A stretch of DNA of 32,000 nucleotides from Candidatus Saccharimonadota bacterium (GTDB taxonomy: Bacteria > Patescibacteriota > Saccharimonadia > Saccharimonadales > Saccharimonadaceae): positions 360,001 through 392,000 of the forward strand of contig CP075337.1 in NCBI GenBank assembly GCA_025349965.1, read 5' to 3'. Below, piece by piece: positions 31,091 to 32,000 of this stretch (position 1 is the stretch's first letter; each line of letters begins with the position of its first letter). The translations under genes and the position numbers were made by a program. The notes beneath the pieces are model-generated. The model searched no databases. It saw only the letters and a list, made by a program, of their open reading frames with translations, and had not been told where the DNA came from.

Positions 31091-31119
31091 AAAAATAAAA
31101 AATCCCTCAAGGTTGAGGG
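31091..31119 (-). terminator. rho-independent terminator after tRNA-Tyr
   Basis: Stem CCCTCA/TGAGGG (31104-31119), preceded on the + strand by an A-rich run that gives a U-run on the minus strand. Confidence 0.65.
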
Positions 31120-31133
31120 TAACTTCTTTGATT

Positions 31134-31218
31134 TGGTGCTGGAAGTAGGACTCGAACCTACGAAGCCTTACGGCGGGAGATTTACAGTCTCCTGTGATTG
31201 CCACTACACGATTCCAGC
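31134..31218 (-). tRNA. tRNA-Tyr (anticodon GTA), class II long variable arm, CCA encoded
   Basis: Hand-folded reverse complement. The acceptor is GCTGGAA/TTCCAGC, the D stem has 3 bp, and the anticodon stem is GGAGA/TCTCC with loop CTGTAAA. The variable arm has 14 nt, the T arm is GTAGG-TTCGAGT-CCTAC, and the 3' end is ACCA. Confidence 0.9.
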
Positions 31219-31237
31219 ATGTCCGTGTTGTTTAATT

Positions 31238-31314
31238 TGGAGCCGCCTCACGGATTCGAACCGTGGACCTACTGTTTACAAAACAGCCGCTCTAACCAAC
31301 TGAGCTAAGGCGGC
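31238..31314 (-). tRNA. tRNA-Thr (anticodon TGT), CCA encoded
   Basis: Hand-folded reverse complement. The acceptor is GCCGCCT/AGGCGGC and the D arm is GCTC-AGTTGGTTA-GAGC. The anticodon stem is GCTGT/ACAGT with loop TTTGTAA, the T arm is CACGG-TTCGAAT-CCGTG, and the 3' end is TCCA. Confidence 0.9.
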
Positions 31315-31385
31315 GACTTATTTATTGTAGCATAGTTTATTTGAAAAGCTAGGGGTTACTGTGCAAAAAGTATATACTAGAAAGA

Positions 31386-32000
31386 ATGAGTAGTAAAAAA
31401 CCACAACGCGTCACCGCACGCTTTGATGTGATTGTCGGCGGCGGTCAATCACTTGCCACCCTTGAGGATGGGCGCAAGCTTTTCGCTTGGGGTGTTCTAC
31501 CTGGTGAAACAGCCGAAGTTTTAATCACAAAAAAGAAATCACGGTACCTTGAAGGAGTTGCCGAAACAATCCTTGAATCAAATCAAGAAGTTCGTGTCGC
31601 GCCTGTTGATCCTGAGAGCTATCTTTCTACCAGCCCGTGGCAAATTATGAATTTTGAGAGTGAACAGCACTATAAAGCGGCGCTCATTGAAGAGGCGTTT
31701 GAGCTTCACGACGTTGTACTGCCAGATCCAATTGAAGTATATAGCGATGGGAAAGAATATGGCTACCGAAACAAGATTGAGTTTAGCTTTTGGTATGACA
31801 CGGAAGCTGCTGAAAATCCTCTCTCGCTTGCATTCTTCCGTCGTGGCACGCACGGAAAGATTGCAGTAAACGGTACGAGTCTTGCAAGTCCCGCTATTGC
31901 TGCGACTGCCGAGCGTGTACTTGCGGTACTAAATAGCCTAAGCGTTGAAGGGCGGGCCTTAAAAACACTCATGATACGAAGTGCAGCGAATGGCGATGTG
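31386..32000 (+). CDS. RumA/TrmA-family (uracil-5) RNA methyltransferase, 3'-truncated by the window
   Basis: The open frame runs from the ATG at 31386 to the window end (205 codons); it is not in the track because it has no stop. It has a TRAM-like N-terminus (GVLPGETAEVLITKKKSRYLEG) and a YGYRNKIEFSF motif. TATACT at 31373-31378 ends 7 nt before the ATG, and no SD is visible. Confidence 0.75.
   Translation, partial: MSSKKPQRVTARFDVIVGGGQSLATLEDGRKLFAWGVLPGETAEVLITKKKSRYLEGVAETILESNQEVRVAPVDPESYLSTSPWQIMNFESEQHYKAALIEEAFELHDVVLPDPIEVYSDGKEYGYRNKIEFSFWYDTEAAENPLSLAFFRRGTHGKIAVNGTSLASPAIAATAERVLAVLNSLSVEGRALKTLMIRSAANGDV

Overview
The window holds the str/S10/spc/alpha ribosomal-protein supercluster (fusA, tuf, rpsJ, rplC through rplQ, rplM-rpsI) of a compact bacterium. 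Hand-counted 60-nt samples of core genes give 37-47% G+C. Downstream lie trpS, an RluA-family pseudouridine synthase, holB, a TPR protein, an MFS transporter (minus strand), tRNA-Thr(UGU) and tRNA-Tyr(GUA) (minus strand), and a 3'-truncated RumA/TrmA-type RNA methyltransferase. rpmD (L30) is missing between rpsE and rplO, and adk/map are missing after secY. L30 loss is the reported hallmark of Candidate Phyla Radiation (Patescibacteria), so I infer, but cannot prove, a CPR and possibly Saccharibacteria-like origin. The main observation is that this normally invariant cluster is interrupted at several junctions by accessory DNA. (1) An acidic orphan ORF sits where rpsL-rpsG are expected. (2) A translationally coupled pair lies between fusA and tuf: a RadC-like protein with a destroyed JAB metal site, plus an all-helical protein with an Rx4H (HEPN-like) motif. 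(3) Between rpsJ and rplC lie a membrane-anchored Lys/Ala-rich histone-H1-like protein and a type IV prepilin N-terminus fused to a Cys-rich seven-bladed RCC1 propeller. (4) Between rpsH and rplF lie a MazG-like NTP pyrophosphohydrolase, a glycine-zipper coiled-coil protein and tmk. (5) and (6) Two compositionally foreign islands (65% and 57% G+C) flank secY, each with one orphan ORF. The second island is bounded by ACCGGTAGGG-containing direct repeats and a perfect 48-bp tandem duplication of the secY 3' end. My best candidates for undescribed biology are the pilin-RCC1 fusion, the dead-RadC/HEPN-like pair and the high-GC islands. No CRISPR array, rRNA, transposase or integrase is visible. 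All family assignments come from reading the translations by eye; no searches were run.
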